From Candidatus Iainarchaeum sp. (lineage in GTDB: Archaea > Iainarchaeota > Iainarchaeia > Iainarchaeales > Iainarchaeaceae), in assembly GCA_043812975.1 (NCBI GenBank), contig JBDRLP010000032.1, positions 1 to 25,741 on the forward strand: a DNA stretch of 25,741 nt. The letters run 5' to 3'. Below are positions 24,166-25,741 of this stretch, piece after piece. Both the position numbers and the translations under genes were made by a program. How positions within the stretch are numbered: position 1 is the first letter of the stretch; every line of letters begins with the position of its first letter. The notes below the pieces were generated by a model. It saw nothing but the letters and a program-made list of their open reading frames with translations, did no database searches and was not told where the DNA came from.

Positions 24166-24720
24166 ATGCAGATTGAATTAAAAAAAGCAAGGACACTTTT
24201 ATCTCCAAGAATTTGTGCACTAATAAGCACGACGAACGAGGACGGTTCTGTTAATGCGTCACCTTATTCATGGGTGTTTCCGTTTTCATACTCGCCTTTA
24301 CTGGTTGGTGTTGGAGCAGGAAACACAAAAGTAAAACACACGCAGGCAAATGTAGAAAGGGAAAAGGAATTCGTAATCAATTTTATCAGCAAAGACTTTG
24401 GCCAGAAAGCAATTAACCTCGAATCACTTCACGAGAGCAGCCAGCTGGAAGAAGTAGGTTTAAATGCAGTTGATTCAAAAGAAATCAAAACAAAAGGCAT
24501 TGCAGAAGCAAAAATAAGGTTGGAATGCAGGTTAAGTGAAATACTACCAGTAAAAAGAGGAGACCACATCTTACTAATAGGTGAAGTTGTAGCAGCCTAC
24601 GCTGAAAAAATGAATGATTTTGTCCCTGATTTACAGGGAATGGAAACACTAACACACGTGGCAGGAGAAGAATTCAGGCTCGCTGGGGAAAAAGTAATTC
24701 TGGAAAGAAAAAAGAAATAA
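24166..24720 (+). CDS. Flavin reductase-like (DIM6/NTAB family) FMN-binding protein
   Basis: LISTTNEDGSVNASPYSW, HTQANV..EFVIN, LECR, GDHILLIGEV. Confidence 0.88.
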   Translation: MQIELKKARTLLSPRICALISTTNEDGSVNASPYSWVFPFSYSPLLVGVGAGNTKVKHTQANVEREKEFVINFISKDFGQKAINLESLHESSQLEEVGLNAVDSKEIKTKGIAEAKIRLECRLSEILPVKRGDHILLIGEVVAAYAEKMNDFVPDLQGMETLTHVAGEEFRLAGEKVILERKKK

Positions 24721-24728
24721 TTGTACTT

Positions 24729-25220
24729 TCATTCTGGAAGTAGTCTCCAAGCCCAGCCAGACCTTGTTCTCACAGCAGCGGGATAAAACTCCTTTTTTTG
24801 AAAACCACCCAAAGATATATTCATCCGTTTCTTTGATTTTTCTTCATCAGACAGCTTTACCCAATTAGTGGTTACACCGACATTTGAAAATAAAGGTTCA
24901 AAAGTTTTATCGCTTTTAACTACACCTAACCTAAAACCCTCAACAGTTTTTGAGGGAAAAACCACTATAGTACCACTTGGAAAAAGTTTATCGAATGCCG
25001 CCTCAACAGCATCTTTTTTATACGGATACATATAGAGACTAGTTTTTGCTAATTCACACAATTTTTTGTTCATTGGTTTACGCCTTACATCATCACTTAA
25101 AATGGACCTTCTTTTTAACGCATTTTTCAAGTGACCACTTAATTCAACATAAAGTTGTTTATGAGTAATGCTGGTTCTCCTGACACTGTTTTTAGGTTTA
25201 TGAGGACTTTCATGAGGCAT
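24729..25220 (-). CDS. Basic hypothetical protein
   Basis: Long open frame. Start MPHESPHK (ATG 25220) avoids overlap with the divergent wHTH gene. No recognised family. Confidence 0.6.
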   Translation of the reverse strand: MPHESPHKPKNSVRRTSITHKQLYVELSGHLKNALKRRSILSDDVRRKPMNKKLCELAKTSLYMYPYKKDAVEAAFDKLFPSGTIVVFPSKTVEGFRLGVVKSDKTFEPLFSNVGVTTNWVKLSDEEKSKKRMNISLGGFQKKEFYPAAVRTRSGWAWRLLPE

Positions 25221-25256
25221 AGTATAAAGAAGTAATTGAAATAATTTAAAGCTTAC

Positions 25257-25276
25257 TTTATAAGACAAATGTCTCA
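25257..25276 (+). promoter_or_regulatory. TATA box plus overlapping palindromic operator candidate
   Basis: TTTATAAG at 25257-25264, 30 nt before ATG 25287. Inverted repeat AGACA-AA-TGTCT at 25263-25274. Confidence 0.45.
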
Positions 25277-25286
25277 TTCTATTATT

Positions 25287-25490
25287 ATGAAATATCCTAA
25301 AAAAGAAGTAATTGTAAAACTCAAAAAGATTCTGAAAGAACACCCTCACGGATTGTGGGTTCGGGAAATTGCAAGAAAAACAGGTTTGGATAAGGCCACT
25401 GCTTCGCGTTATTTGAGTTCGATGGAAGAAGTTGAGTTTGAATTTATGGGAAGAAACAAGATTTACCGACTCAAAAGCAGAGAAGAATAA
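25287..25490 (+). CDS. Small winged helix-turn-helix transcriptional regulator
   Basis: GLWVREIARKTGLDKATASRYLSSM HTH plus wing GRNKIYRL. Confidence 0.85.
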   Translation: MKYPKKEVIVKLKKILKEHPHGLWVREIARKTGLDKATASRYLSSMEEVEFEFMGRNKIYRLKSREE

Positions 25491-25532
25491 GATTAAAATA
25501 GATTCAAAACAATAGAGTTATAGGTGAAAAAA

Positions 25533-25741
25533 ATGGATTATAAAGTCTTGTTAAAAAGGGATTTGGAAACAGGTTGGTTTGTGGCCGAGGTGCCTTCATT
25601 ACCCGGTTGCATTTCACAGGGAAAAACAAAAAAAGAAGCAATGGAAAACATTAAAGATGCTATCATCGGATACCTTGCAAGTCTGAAAAAACACCCTGAA
25701 GAAAAAATATTCGAAAACAAGGTGGAAATAGAAGCGATTTC
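25533..25741 (+). CDS. hicB: HicB family antitoxin (runs off window end; missed by ORF track)
   Basis: MDYKVLLKRDLETGWFVAEVPSLPGCISQGKTKKEAMENIKDAI. AGGTGA SD at 25522-25527. Confidence 0.9.
   Translation, partial: MDYKVLLKRDLETGWFVAEVPSLPGCISQGKTKKEAMENIKDAIIGYLASLKKHPEEKIFENKVEIEAI

Noticed and set aside
25538..25720. ORF-track minus-strand 60-aa ORF
   Set aside because: Antisense shadow of the recognisable hicB on the plus strand.
1..25741. Prophage, integrase or IS element
   Set aside because: No integrase, transposase, capsid or terminase motifs were recognised. The content is mainly housekeeping.

Overview
AT-rich archaeal chromosomal segment, most consistent with a DPANN lineage. 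The Diapherotrites/Iainarchaeota-like assignment is an inference from gene content and protein style. Archaeal markers include archaeal-type ProRS, GatD, Dph6, an ATP-dependent DNA ligase, a KaiC/RAD55-like ATPase, a DRG/TGS GTPase and an intron-containing tRNA. About 30 densely packed CDSs cover translation and tRNA functions, DNA/RNA metabolism (RNase H type 2, TatD, ligase), sugar-phosphate metabolism (class I FBPase, DUF2090-type aldolase), arsenite methylation, surface proteins and three toxin-antitoxin-like loci. The most unusual feature lies at 14991-15210 on the minus strand. It is a tRNA-Pro(UGG) with a 50-nt bulge-helix-bulge intron, preceded by a structured ~85-95 nt element. That element carries an exact copy of the tRNA's own 5' end, two hairpins and an imperfect antisense to the tRNA 5' strand, and the only nearby TATA-like box lies upstream of the duplicated copy. 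Other oddities: an RNase HII/HIII chimera, a tandem asparaginase/GatD pair sharing an H-to-M motif change, a 21-nt double-hairpin in-frame insert in DNA ligase, a 22-nt tandem duplication before arsM, and a bacterial-type ABC-F. No CRISPR array, rRNA, transposase or integrase was seen.
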